44,978 nt of DNA from a virus. Lineage: Duplodnaviria > Caudoviricetes. This document shows positions 1 to 8,637 of this stretch, in pieces. How positions within the stretch are numbered: position 1 is the stretch's first letter; each line of letters opens with the position of its first letter. The translations under genes and the position numbers were made by a program. The notes below the pieces were generated by a model. The model was not told the DNA's origin and did no database searches. It saw nothing but the letters and a program-made list of their open reading frames with translations. The stretch covers positions 1-44,978 of the IMG/VR virus record IMGVR_UViG_3300002092_000072; one strand, 5' to 3'.

Positions 1-19
1 CACAAACAAAGGAGTAAAA

Positions 20-130
20 ATGCTGCCACCAGTAGGTTCAGGTAGTACGTCAGTATCGTTAAATGATGTAGCGTTAGAAAGTATCCGTCAAGTTATCCGT
101 GAAGAACTAGGAGCAAAGAACAATGGCTAA
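20..130 (+). CDS. small hypothetical protein (36 aa, MLPPVGSGST...), not in ORF track
   Basis: GGAG at 11-14 before ATG 20; open to TAA 128-130; overlaps next start. Confidence 0.6.
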   Translation: MLPPVGSGSTSVSLNDVALESIRQVIREELGAKNNG

Positions 131-413
131 AAAGATTACACAACAGATGAAGGTTAATTTAGAGAAGAATACGCTTACCGAAAAAGGTGGAGCATGGCTT
201 CTATCTATTACTATCTTTGAGGAAGGTACTAGCGTCTCTGTATATAACGCTGATACTGCGTGGAGTAACCCATCTGCCGCTAAGCGATGGATTAAGAAGG
301 TAGTAACAGAACAGACCCCACGTAAGAGTATTAAACTTACTATTGAGCGCACCGATGCCAATAGCAAACCTGTGCTTATCGTGGGTGATATGACCTATAA
401 GGTAGAACGCTAA
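123..413 (+). CDS. hypothetical protein (96 aa)
   Basis: ORF with upstream AGGAG; coupled to both neighbours. Confidence 0.75.
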   Translation: MAKKITQQMKVNLEKNTLTEKGGAWLLSITIFEEGTSVSVYNADTAWSNPSAAKRWIKKVVTEQTPRKSIKLTIERTDANSKPVLIVGDMTYKVER

Positions 414-526
414 TGAGCGAGATACCTGATTGGCACGTAGATAACCCTAACTTTTCTCCATTTGAGGAAGAAGAGATAGAAGAGATAGAAGAAGAGAGTT
501 CTGACGAAGAGTTCTTTGAGGAATAA
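413..526 (+). CDS. very acidic 37-aa protein (MSEIPDWHVDNPNFSPFEEEEIEEIEEESSDEEFFEE), not in ORF track
   Basis: TAATG stop/start overlap at 411-415; open to TAA 524-526. Confidence 0.6.
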   Translation: MSEIPDWHVDNPNFSPFEEEEIEEIEEESSDEEFFEE

Positions 527-546
527 GAGAGAGAGAGAGAGAGAGA
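527..546. repeat. (GA)10 dinucleotide tract
   Basis: Read directly, immediately after the stop of the acidic ORF. Confidence 0.9.
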
Positions 547-662
547 TAGATTTAACTGCGAAGTAGAAGAGAGTTAAAGCGTCTCTAGCCTTTCTCTCGC
601 TAAGGGCGGTCATGATGGTGGCTTTCACTTTCTACACCTAGCCGTACCTGCTCTCTAATACG

Positions 663-699
663 AGAAATGCCCCCTAGTGAATAACTAGAGGGCATTTCT
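663..699. terminator. likely bidirectional intrinsic terminator
   Basis: AGAAATGCCC-C-CTAGT / ACTAG-A-GGGCATTTCT inverted repeat between convergent transcription units. Confidence 0.8.
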
Positions 700-707
700 A
701 TTTCTAT

Positions 708-2729
708 TTATGGTTTAGGTACTTCACAGAAATCCGTAGAGCAATACTTTTCACCGATAGCGTCTGCTGCCATTCCTGCATATACGTCCGTAAAGTCAAT
801 AGGCAAGAGTTTATATTTATATTCTTCATATTCTTTTGCAGTTATCTGTGTATATGGCATTTGTGGGTAAGTCTCGTTCCCCATAGGTAAGAAGGAAACG
901 GTTTTGAGTTGCCCATCAAACATATGTAGCACCGTACCAACTGCATCTCGTTCCTCTGGTTGGAAAGAGATCGTTACTGATACGGAATTATCTGACCAAT
1001 GCCTCTGCGCCATAGCAGCAAGAGAGGTCTTTTCATATATAGAAACATCTTTTTCCGAACGGAGAGCCATAGACTCTATTGGGAAGAAGACAACTGAAGT
1101 TGTATCAGGAGATTCTGAAGCAGCTTCTACTGTGTACCCGCTTGCCTTAAAGAGAGGCAACATAGGGTCTTCATTAGCAAATCTAATAGCACGAAGGAAG
1201 TGCTTACCCCCTGGAGTCCAATGAACCCCTGGAGACTCTCCCGCTAGGATAGAGACAGTTCCACTAGGCTTAACGGTGGTTGTCTTAATAGACTCACGGA
1301 TACCAAGCCACTCTGAATACTTCTTATCGTAAGAGAAAACCTTTTCGTACCCTTTATCCATCCACTCGCGAAGAGTTGGTAGCCCTACCCGATCAGCAAA
1401 ATTAGCAATACCAGAGATAGAAGTTCCGATACGGCGATTGCGTTGCATGATGGCGTTTGTCTCTTCCCAGTGAGTAGGCAAGAGAGTTACGGTCTTAGCG
1501 TAGAGATAAGCAAACTTGAGAGTTCTATTAAAGTCCTCAAGAGAGTCGTGTCGGTTTAGATAAGTCTCTACTAACGTACAGCACTCAAAAGACTCTAGAG
1601 ATTGTTCAGCGCACGGGTTATATCCAGAGGCTCTCCAGTCTTTATTATTGATTGGGTCAATTAAGCGACCGTACTTTCTAGTTACATCCATCCAGATGAC
1701 CCCTGGCTCACCGTTTCTGGCTATGCCATCAATGATTCCTGAGAAGTCATCCCCAACCCTAACCTCAACAGAGTTGTTAGACATCCAAGCCCACCCAGGA
1801 TTGGCGGGGTCATAAGAGTTCCGCTCTGGGTAGACTGAGCCGTTTTTAAGATTAAGAAAGTCTTGGTCATCTAAACGACCCATCAAAAGTTCTGCGCTGC
1901 GGCGAACATTGCCAGAGACTACGCATACTCCGATGAGATTCCCAATATCTGCTATATCTTTGCGGGTAAGTTTTTCTCCCGCGCGGTTATTAAATATAGA
2001 ACGTACATAGTTATGTAGTTTAATTAACGGATCGGGGCCTGCGGCGGTTCCGCCAAAGGTTTTAATCGGAACACCTGCTGGACGGATTCTTGAGTATTCA
2101 AAGCGCGGGCTCTTCGTATCTGGCTTAAGGTAGGAGTTGATGAGCGCGCTGGTTGATTCAACCCAACCTTCTCTGGTGTCTGGGATGACATATTCATCTC
2201 CTTCTTGTGGTAAGTAAATAGTAAAGTCTTTATCTGCTCCCTTGTCGTCAAACCCAACCCCGACGCCCAACATAGAGGCTTCCATAAGGAAAGCAAAAGG
2301 CTTGGCAGGGTCAATCTTGGACATGGCGCTGGTAGAGACAAAAGAGCAGTTCTGAAGGGCTGCTGAGTTTCTCTGTTCATTTACTAATGGAGTACCCATA
2401 ACCCATAGACCTCGGCCTGGGGGTGTCCATTTAAGATTAAAGAGTCGGTCATAGGCTTCTTTAGCCGAAGCCTGAGCTTTGGCATCGTTCCAAGGTAGGC
2501 GGCTAGATTTACAATGGTCTTTCTGAAGAGAGTACATACCATTGATGACTCGCTCACATACTTCTACCCAAGTCTCTTTAGTTCCATCTTCCTTTAAGCG
2601 GGAGTAGGTTCTTAGGAAGGTAATCTCCCCAACCGCGTTACCGCCAGCATCCGTGTAGCCCCAAGGCACCTTTTTATTCTTGTACCCTGATACAAAGTCG
2701 TCTGCCAGATGGAAAGACAAAGCCATCAT
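708..2729 (-). CDS. nrdJ: class II (adenosylcobalamin-dependent) ribonucleotide reductase
   Basis: RTYSR, PPGRGLW, LQNC, GNVRRSA, NPCAEQ, TTVKPSGTVS and C-terminal CSTDFC motifs. Confidence 0.95.
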   Translation of the reverse strand: MMALSFHLADDFVSGYKNKKVPWGYTDAGGNAVGEITFLRTYSRLKEDGTKETWVEVCERVINGMYSLQKDHCKSSRLPWNDAKAQASAKEAYDRLFNLKWTPPGRGLWVMGTPLVNEQRNSAALQNCSFVSTSAMSKIDPAKPFAFLMEASMLGVGVGFDDKGADKDFTIYLPQEGDEYVIPDTREGWVESTSALINSYLKPDTKSPRFEYSRIRPAGVPIKTFGGTAAGPDPLIKLHNYVRSIFNNRAGEKLTRKDIADIGNLIGVCVVSGNVRRSAELLMGRLDDQDFLNLKNGSVYPERNSYDPANPGWAWMSNNSVEVRVGDDFSGIIDGIARNGEPGVIWMDVTRKYGRLIDPINNKDWRASGYNPCAEQSLESFECCTLVETYLNRHDSLEDFNRTLKFAYLYAKTVTLLPTHWEETNAIMQRNRRIGTSISGIANFADRVGLPTLREWMDKGYEKVFSYDKKYSEWLGIRESIKTTTVKPSGTVSILAGESPGVHWTPGGKHFLRAIRFANEDPMLPLFKASGYTVEAASESPDTTSVVFFPIESMALRSEKDVSIYEKTSLAAMAQRHWSDNSVSVTISFQPEERDAVGTVLHMFDGQLKTVSFLPMGNETYPQMPYTQITAKEYEEYKYKLLPIDFTDVYAGMAADAIGEKYCSTDFCEVPKP

Positions 2730-2784
2730 TACCCCGTTCTATTTTTAGTTGAGTTTATATTCTATTTACAAAATTGCGTCAGTT

Positions 2785-2811
2785 CACAGAGAAGGTAGTT
2801 CCACCCCTGTG
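2785..2811 (-). terminator. GC-rich hairpin after the 478-aa gene (possible terminator without U tail)
   Basis: CACAGGGGUGG-AACUA-CCUUCUCUGUG pairs using G-U only on the minus strand. Confidence 0.45.
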
Positions 2812-2828
2812 CTAGAGCCTCTTATATA

Positions 2829-4265
2829 TTAAGAGTTTTCTGTTAAATCCTTGATTATCTTGGTGGTCTGTACCTCGTTCAACCCTTCGTTGGGGAGTTC
2901 TTTAAGTACGTTTGCCTTGTCCCCGAAGATAGAACTTAGCACACCTGAAGAGCCCTGTCGCTCCACAGTCATGCGAATAAACTCACGTGAGTCGTCTAAC
3001 TCTTTAACCGTTTTAATCAACTTAAAGAGTCTATCCATCTCTTGAGAGACGTTTGGATCAGCGTATCCACCATTCAATTCTTCAGCGAAACGCATAAAAG
3101 CGACCCTTTGACCCTGCATTTCTATCACAGCATTGAGTAGCCCCTTGAGTTGTTCTTTGGTCTTAACCTCTACTGGTAACTTAAAAGCGCATAAGTTATC
3201 TGGCTTAAAAGCAGGACAGTTGGATGCTACAAAACATGTATTGCAGTTGCGAAGACTGGTCTGTTGAGACTGGACAACTGGCACATCTTTTATGGTTCCA
3301 TCTTGGTCAATTTCGGTAGTTGTGTTGTATCCAAAGACAGGTAAGTTGCCCATTTCTTCTGGACTTCTTGCCTCAAGTTTGCGCACTTGAGGGGGCCTCT
3401 TATCAATATCGGAGGGGGTGCTTTCCCCACTTTGCTCCACATCCATCCCATCGTTGTTAATATATAAGAAGTCATCATTCATACCATTTAACCTCGCTTC
3501 ATACTGTTGGTAAGACCATACCGCTAGACGGCACACTTCCTTTGGATCATCTTCTAGGATCAAATCTACATCTATACCAGCCGCCGTATAAACATGGCGA
3601 TAACGAGATCGTGCTTGATCTTTCATGCGCTTGGGGTAGCGCATAAGTTTAGTGCCATCCCATACAATCGTTTCACCGTTCATCATGGGGCTAAGCCAAG
3701 ACATAGTGCTAGCAGTCTCCGCAGGAACTGACCGCAGGTTATCTGGTTTGGCTGACCCTAGAATATGAAACCTAGTACCTTGACGAGCTAGTGTGCGGGC
3801 TACGGCGGCCATCTGGGTTTCGCTCTCTAACGAATCACCAGGTAAACCTATATCTAAGTACCGCTCTGCCATGGTATTTAAACCTTTAAACCCTGTAGTG
3901 GGGTTCCAGATAGGTAGGAACTTACCTGGTGGAACCTCCGCCCAGCAGGTTCTCCTCTGGTTATCCACATAGGTTTGGTCTTCTACATCTATCTCACTAA
4001 AGGTAGTTAAGCGGCCCATATTCTCCGCAACAAACAACTCATACATCTCGCTGAACTCAGCCAAGTCAAGGTCGTGGTCTTTGGGCAGGCCAGGATGCAC
4101 ATGAATCTGAAAGTGCGGGTCAAAATGGTTCTCTAATAGATACCCTTTTTTAGGCAACCCGCGGCGCAATAAACGGTAGTAACTAAAGCCTACGTGAGAT
4201 GCCCCAGTAGTTTCTAATAAGGTGCGGTTGCTAGGAACCTCTGCGCCTAGGTAGATGATATTCAT
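2829..4265 (-). CDS. two-domain protein: degenerate TGT/DpdA-like barrel plus C-terminal Cys-cluster/helical domain
   Basis: FSYY..., FLPIWN, RFHILG...STMSW pattern resembles phage TGT-like proteins; CNTCFVASNC...C then helical region. CDS is secure, fold is inference. Confidence 0.5.
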   Translation of the reverse strand: MNIIYLGAEVPSNRTLLETTGASHVGFSYYRLLRRGLPKKGYLLENHFDPHFQIHVHPGLPKDHDLDLAEFSEMYELFVAENMGRLTTFSEIDVEDQTYVDNQRRTCWAEVPPGKFLPIWNPTTGFKGLNTMAERYLDIGLPGDSLESETQMAAVARTLARQGTRFHILGSAKPDNLRSVPAETASTMSWLSPMMNGETIVWDGTKLMRYPKRMKDQARSRYRHVYTAAGIDVDLILEDDPKEVCRLAVWSYQQYEARLNGMNDDFLYINNDGMDVEQSGESTPSDIDKRPPQVRKLEARSPEEMGNLPVFGYNTTTEIDQDGTIKDVPVVQSQQTSLRNCNTCFVASNCPAFKPDNLCAFKLPVEVKTKEQLKGLLNAVIEMQGQRVAFMRFAEELNGGYADPNVSQEMDRLFKLIKTVKELDDSREFIRMTVERQGSSGVLSSIFGDKANVLKELPNEGLNEVQTTKIIKDLTENS

Positions 4266-4720
4266 TGTAGACGAGAATCCTCCGTCAAAGACTCTTGCTG
4301 ATAGGTGATCTCATCAACAATATCATTCCAAGGCTTAACGCCTTGCCTGCTATCTGGACGGAACTTCTCTGTAATATAAAGCGGGTGAAGGAACACTAGA
4401 GTAGTTATTCCAGCATTTAATAACTTAGCCGCAAGTTCTGGGTCAGCAGTAACTACCATATCTACCTGCCATTGACCTCTGCAGTACTCTACCTGCCGCC
4501 ATGAAGGGTCTTCGGTAGCAGAAGGTATGTTAGGGTCAATCAAGTCATCTAGAAGGTTAATCTTATTCTCTTTAAGCCAACGATCATCGCGGGCTTTATC
4601 GTTACATAGGATTAAAACACGACCCTTTTCTTTCAGGGTGCGGTACAGGGAAACTCCTTGGGGGATAGGCGCGTTTAACTGGTTACGCAAAACACTATCA
4701 ATAAACATTAACGTTGCCAC
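4262..4720 (-). CDS. HAD-superfamily-like protein with degenerate motif I
   Basis: N-terminal LMFIDSVL (cf. DxDGVL), WLKEN segment as in PNK-phosphatase-like HADs; ATGA-coupled to next gene. Confidence 0.55.
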   Translation of the reverse strand: MATLMFIDSVLRNQLNAPIPQGVSLYRTLKEKGRVLILCNDKARDDRWLKENKINLLDDLIDPNIPSATEDPSWRQVEYCRGQWQVDMVVTADPELAAKLLNAGITTLVFLHPLYITEKFRPDSRQGVKPWNDIVDEITYQQESLTEDSRLQ

Positions 4721-4743
4721 GAATCACATTCTCCAACTACTAG

Positions 4744-4833
4744 TTAAAAAACAGTTATATCTAATACCTCATCTATGCGATCATCTATGCTGTACACAGG
4801 CTCATGGTCACATACACCACAGTCTTTGCACAT
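4744..4833 (-). CDS. 29-aa Cys-rich peptide (MCKDCGVCDHEPVYSIDDRIDEVLDITVF), not in ORF track
   Basis: TAATG overlap with NTase stop; fills the intergenic gap. Confidence 0.55.
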   Translation of the reverse strand: MCKDCGVCDHEPVYSIDDRIDEVLDITVF

Positions 4834-5765
4834 TATTTACGACCACCTAGCGCTCTTCTTACTAGGGTATTAACATCAGGAAGTTCCATGCCGTATGTCT
4901 GCGACTCAAAACTCTTACGCCCTTTAACAGATATGTCTTTTAACTTGCGTAGAGCCTGAACAGTACCAGCTTGTTTGCCTGCTTGCCAGCGATAATTGCC
5001 AATGTCGGAATATCCTCCACCATACTGACTAAAGGCGGTAGTTCTACCTTTATGAATTTCATCAAACAACGCGCTACCTTGTTCAACGGCTAACTTTAGA
5101 GTAGCTTCAGCATTGCGACGAGCATTATCGGTAGTTGATTGACTAATAGCATTTAACGCAGCAGAGTATCTAGATAAAATATCTGTAACCATTGAAGTAT
5201 CTCTTGATACACGTTGATCCCACAATTTGTTATGCGCGGGGGCCTTAACCTCTGGAGATACTGTCCAATCATCTGTAGTCAATGAGTAGGCAGAATAAGG
5301 TTTTATAGAGCGAATGTCTGAAGCAATATTTACATAAAAAGTAAGCTCGTATGTATCTAAGAAGTTTTTAGTCAACGGGTGTAAATCATTGCGGAAGTCC
5401 TCATTAAACATATCTGCAATTTGTTTATCGCTCAACGCTTTATATTCTGGATTAGACTGACGGAACAAAAGGTAATTAACACCTATAAGGCAGTCCAGGT
5501 CAGCTGGATGACGAGCAGCTGTCCACTGGTAGCTCACACCAGAACCAGCTAGCCAAATTGTTAAGTAGTTCTCAGGACTATAATAATGAGTACGTAAATG
5601 CTCTAATAGAATACGCAGAATAGAAGAACGAACAGAAGGAATCAACTTTCCATCGCGGAAAAGACGAGGATCAAGACCCGCCCCAGGTGAACTGAAATAC
5701 GAAGTATCGGAAGGCTCTACTTCTACAGGTGTTGCCTGTGCAACTAGCGCTGAGAAGAAATCCAT
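4833..5765 (-). CDS. DNA polymerase beta-superfamily nucleotidyltransferase
   Basis: WLAGSGVSY...ADLDCLI (GS...DxD) and third acidic residue in YELTFYV. Confidence 0.8.
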   Translation of the reverse strand: MDFFSALVAQATPVEVEPSDTSYFSSPGAGLDPRLFRDGKLIPSVRSSILRILLEHLRTHYYSPENYLTIWLAGSGVSYQWTAARHPADLDCLIGVNYLLFRQSNPEYKALSDKQIADMFNEDFRNDLHPLTKNFLDTYELTFYVNIASDIRSIKPYSAYSLTTDDWTVSPEVKAPAHNKLWDQRVSRDTSMVTDILSRYSAALNAISQSTTDNARRNAEATLKLAVEQGSALFDEIHKGRTTAFSQYGGGYSDIGNYRWQAGKQAGTVQALRKLKDISVKGRKSFESQTYGMELPDVNTLVRRALGGRK

Positions 5766-5772
5766 TTAGTTA

Positions 5773-5979
5773 TTATAGTTCTTTTTCGCGCGGTTCCCTG
5801 TAGATAACATCATAACGCTTCATCTTTTCTTCAGCAGTGTCAAGGAATGGCTTAGTCATAAAGCCACATGCTTGATGCGCATTAACAAATGATTGTGCCC
5901 ATACCATTACTAACGTATCATTATCCGAAGCGTCTGCTTGAAACGATGCTGTGCAGTTGCAAGTCATTTCAATAAACAT
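5773..5979 (-). CDS. hypothetical protein with CxC...HxxC metal motif
   Basis: ORF with AGGA RBS; CNC and HQAC. Confidence 0.7.
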   Translation of the reverse strand: MFIEMTCNCTASFQADASDNDTLVMVWAQSFVNAHQACGFMTKPFLDTAEEKMKRYDVIYREPREKEL

Positions 5980-6008
5980 GGTTCCTACCCTCTAGGCTGT
6001 GTAGTTAC

Positions 6009-6014
6009 AGTATA
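6009..6014 (-). promoter_or_regulatory. -10 element TATACT heading the NTase operon
   Basis: Near-consensus hexamer in intergenic gap about 30 nt upstream of 5979. Confidence 0.5.
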
Positions 6015-6047
6015 CCTGTGGGTTACAGGAAGGAAAAGGGTCAAATA

Positions 6048-6596
6048 TTAGTTATAAAGACCCTTAGCCTCATAAGCCCTCTTCTGGTTATACATCTTAA
6101 CAGGGCAAAAGTCGCATAAATGGACTTTTATCGTAGATTTAGCCAGACCAGCTTTAGCGCGGTCTACGTCAGTACCCGCATTTAATATCTTTCGGTCAGT
6201 CTTATAGTCGGGGCATTGTCCTTTAGGACTATTATGAACTTTCCAACAAGACATTGCATCTTGGCTGTACGTATCTTTAAGGCCATAAAAGTTTGTTCCG
6301 AAGACGTCTAAGCCTTGAGCAGCACCTTTACCAAAGAAAGTCTCTCGCAGTTGTTCAACTAAAGACTCTTTAACCTTTGGTGTCATCCAGTGACCTTGTA
6401 AAACATCCATTAAAGGCGCGCCTATATGTTCTGGGCCATGTGCCTCAGCAGCAAGGGTTACAAATGGATTATCTGATTGGTCATACTTACCCTCACCTAG
6501 GTATTCACCTGTTTTGGTGTAGGGGAGTTCTTCAATAGTCTTACACGTTTTACAGACTAGAAGGTTAAATCGCTCGGTCTCAAAGTCATCTGCCAT
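6048..6596 (-). CDS. hypothetical zinc-binding protein, leaderless
   Basis: CKTC...H and C...H...C...CDFC; TGtTAGGCT 6 nt before ATG. Confidence 0.75.
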   Translation of the reverse strand: MADDFETERFNLLVCKTCKTIEELPYTKTGEYLGEGKYDQSDNPFVTLAAEAHGPEHIGAPLMDVLQGHWMTPKVKESLVEQLRETFFGKGAAQGLDVFGTNFYGLKDTYSQDAMSCWKVHNSPKGQCPDYKTDRKILNAGTDVDRAKAGLAKSTIKVHLCDFCPVKMYNQKRAYEAKGLYN

Positions 6597-6618
6597 GGCG
6601 TAAGCCTAACATATGAAG

Positions 6619-6885
6619 TTACTTTTTCTTAGGCTGAGCTTTCTTAGTAGCTGGTTTTTTTGCTTCTGGTTCTTTTTTGACAGGCTCTGGGGCGGGCTTA
6701 AGCTTACGCGGAGTAGTGATCTTCTTGGCTACTGTCTTGCTAGCATCTGATCCTACGTTATTTTTTGCAGAAGGCTTATCTTTAGAAAAATAGCCACCAG
6801 AATGGATAGTGGCATTCTCTTTAGTAATAGAATCAACGTGCTTAGGGTTAGCCTTATCAAACTTAATCATTTTTGACTCAGCCAT
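6619..6885 (-). CDS. small Lys/Pro-rich protein
   Basis: TAATG-coupled ORF; KKPATKK-type tail. Confidence 0.7.
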   Translation of the reverse strand: MAESKMIKFDKANPKHVDSITKENATIHSGGYFSKDKPSAKNNVGSDASKTVAKKITTPRKLKPAPEPVKKEPEAKKPATKKAQPKKK

Positions 6886-7208
6886 TAATTACTCCTGATT
6901 TTAATAGGCGCGGGTTTTGGTCCAGTGTCATCATCTGCTACTTTAGCTTGATTATGACGAGCTAGCTCGCCAGATTTTCTCAAATTAGTTACTTCTGTGC
7001 TGAGCTTATTGTAATCTTCATTAGAATGAGGTCCCCAGCTACTATTAGAACCTGAGCGGTCTATAACATTTACTCCTGGAGCAGCTTTTGTGGTCTTGGC
7101 GCCAACTAAAGCCAGAGAAGTAACGTTATTAGGGACTTCTCCCTTCCAACCTTTTTTATTCTGAAACCCTTTTAAACTAGAATTCCACTGGGACTCGTTA
7201 GTGTTCAT
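6885..7208 (-). CDS. small hypothetical protein
   Basis: TAATG-coupled ORF. Confidence 0.7.
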   Translation of the reverse strand: MNTNESQWNSSLKGFQNKKGWKGEVPNNVTSLALVGAKTTKAAPGVNVIDRSGSNSSWGPHSNEDYNKLSTEVTNLRKSGELARHNQAKVADDDTGPKPAPIKIRSN

Positions 7209-7411
7209 TAGAACCTTTCATTAGCCGTCTTTATATCCCCGCGATCAAACGCTGCAGAGTCTTCTGCGCGCTTAGCTTCGTGACTACCATCAAAGTCTTC
7301 TACGCTAGCGTGGCGATAAGGCTCTTCAAACTTTTGAGCGCCTTTTTGCCACACAATAGGGGCAGCAGAGTTAGGTATGCGACGAGCGTCGTGAGCGCGG
7401 TCTTCAGCCAT
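7208..7411 (-). CDS. small protein with MAEDRAxD N-terminus (copy 2)
   Basis: Starts MAEDRAHDARR; tightly packed. Confidence 0.75.
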   Translation of the reverse strand: MAEDRAHDARRIPNSAAPIVWQKGAQKFEEPYRHASVEDFDGSHEAKRAEDSAAFDRGDIKTANERF

Positions 7412-7412
7412 A

Positions 7413-7670
7413 TTAATTTACACTCTTCTCCTGCTGTGAAGCTGTAGTAGCCCCTCTTACATTTAAATTACTTTTATGCTCACGCCTATTATTTCTAGCA
7501 AGCCCTGAGGTAGCGTTAAAAGAATGTTCTACGTTAGCGCGAGAGCTCATGCTACCTGCTTTACCCTTATTCATTCCGTGGGCTGAAAAATAACGCTGTG
7601 CCATGTCGTCTTCATAAGAACCCCCAGAAGGATAAACGCGCGCTGGGTCGTTTGCTCTGTCTTCAGCCAT
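7413..7670 (-). CDS. small protein with MAEDRAxD N-terminus (copy 1)
   Basis: Starts MAEDRANDPAR; AGGA upstream. Confidence 0.75.
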   Translation of the reverse strand: MAEDRANDPARVYPSGGSYEDDMAQRYFSAHGMNKGKAGSMSSRANVEHSFNATSGLARNNRREHKSNLNVRGATTASQQEKSVN

Positions 7671-7671
7671 G

Positions 7672-7881
7672 TTAGTTTCCTAGCGGGTTTACTTTAGCGG
7701 TCTCTTCTGAGTTAATGAAACCATAGTTCATATATGGGTGTAGACCTGAGCGGTTCTTAACAACAAGTTCATCACCCTGCGCAGGTGCAACTGTTGTGTT
7801 TGGACGGCGCTTACGGTACTTGCCATCTGTTGCGCCTTCTAGAAGTGCGCTGTTCTCTGACATTGCTTTGCGAACGGTCAT
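7672..7881 (-). CDS. hypothetical protein (69 aa, likely start MTVRKAMSE)
   Basis: ATGA overlap with upstream stop and AAAGGA RBS favour 7881 over 7983. Confidence 0.7.
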   Translation of the reverse strand: MTVRKAMSENSALLEGATDGKYRKRRPNTTVAPAQGDELVVKNRSGLHPYMNYGFINSEETAKVNPLGN

Positions 7882-8111
7882 GCCATTCGTCCTTTCACTA
7901 AAGAGTGATGCTTCCTGCGCTGGCAGGAAGGACACAGTTCCTGATTCATTAATGATTGTACAGGGCCCATAGACATGCCACAAGACTTACAAGACTTATC
8001 CCCATTATAAATGGTTCTAGATAGGTCTTTTTGAGTCTCAAGGCTGACGTCTGTATCCCCCGCCATACCATCGCCTGTGCTGTCGGTATATAAACCTGGG
8101 TCGTTTTTCAC
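7878..8111 (-). CDS. small zinc-finger protein
   Basis: CKSC...CPSC; GTGA coupling. Confidence 0.7.
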   Translation of the reverse strand: MKNDPGLYTDSTGDGMAGDTDVSLETQKDLSRTIYNGDKSCKSCGMSMGPVQSLMNQELCPSCQRRKHHSLVKGRMA

Positions 8112-8275
8112 TTGTTATCGCTTCCAGTAGTATCTCGGTAATCTGGTTTAAAGTAATTTAAAAGTTGGCTACTGGTATCAGCAATAATTTTTTCTTTTGC
8201 ACCTGGGGCTAATTGGGGGTATTGGCTATAGCTGTCAGGCTTACCATCATTAAAATCTTTATTATTACGCCCCAT
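8108..8275 (-). CDS. 55-aa protein (MGRNNKDFNDGK...), not in ORF track
   Basis: TAATG overlap upstream, GTGA overlap downstream, AGGAGG upstream. Confidence 0.7.
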   Translation of the reverse strand: MGRNNKDFNDGKPDSYSQYPQLAPGAKEKIIADTSSQLLNYFKPDYRDTTGSDNK

Positions 8276-8637
8276 TAGATGGTCCCTCCTAGGCTGTTAG
8301 TGCTGCTTGATTCTTGTGTATTAGGCGTCTGGCTGAAGTCAGACTCTACACGCTGGGTAGTTGCTACTCGGCGTGGAAGATTGATTAGGTCTTCAATACC
8401 AATTTCTTTATCAGTATACCCAAACCTTGCTGGGAATAACTGGATTTGTGGTAGCGGTGGACGTACGTACTCTTGTATCTCCGCCGCTGACATACTCCAC
8501 GCAGCCAATGATTGGCTTAGTAAACGCTCTTGGTTAGAGGCAAACGGGCCAATGTATTCCTGTGGTGGATACTCTGCTTCTAGTGGTGCTGACCAAGGTC
8601 GGCGGTTGTAAACACCATCAGCAAATTTACCTGACAT
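8275..8637 (-). CDS. hypothetical protein (120 aa)
   Basis: Abuts both neighbours in an operon. Confidence 0.75.
   Translation of the reverse strand: MSGKFADGVYNRRPWSAPLEAEYPPQEYIGPFASNQERLLSQSLAAWSMSAAEIQEYVRPPLPQIQLFPARFGYTDKEIGIEDLINLPRRVATTQRVESDFSQTPNTQESSSTNSLGGTI

Noticed and set aside
107-628. Minus-strand ORFs 107-367 and 410-628
   Set aside because: They oppose coupled plus-strand genes; the hydrophobic look comes from the GA-rich tract
2797-2809. CAGGGGTGG(A/T)ACT shared with 43199-43211 in opposite orientation
   Set aside because: Only two copies, each explained by a local hairpin; could be chance
2829-4265. Calling this an active DpdA 7-deazaguanine DNA modification enzyme
   Set aside because: Expected catalytic Asp motifs appear substituted and no folE/queC/queD/queE genes are in the window
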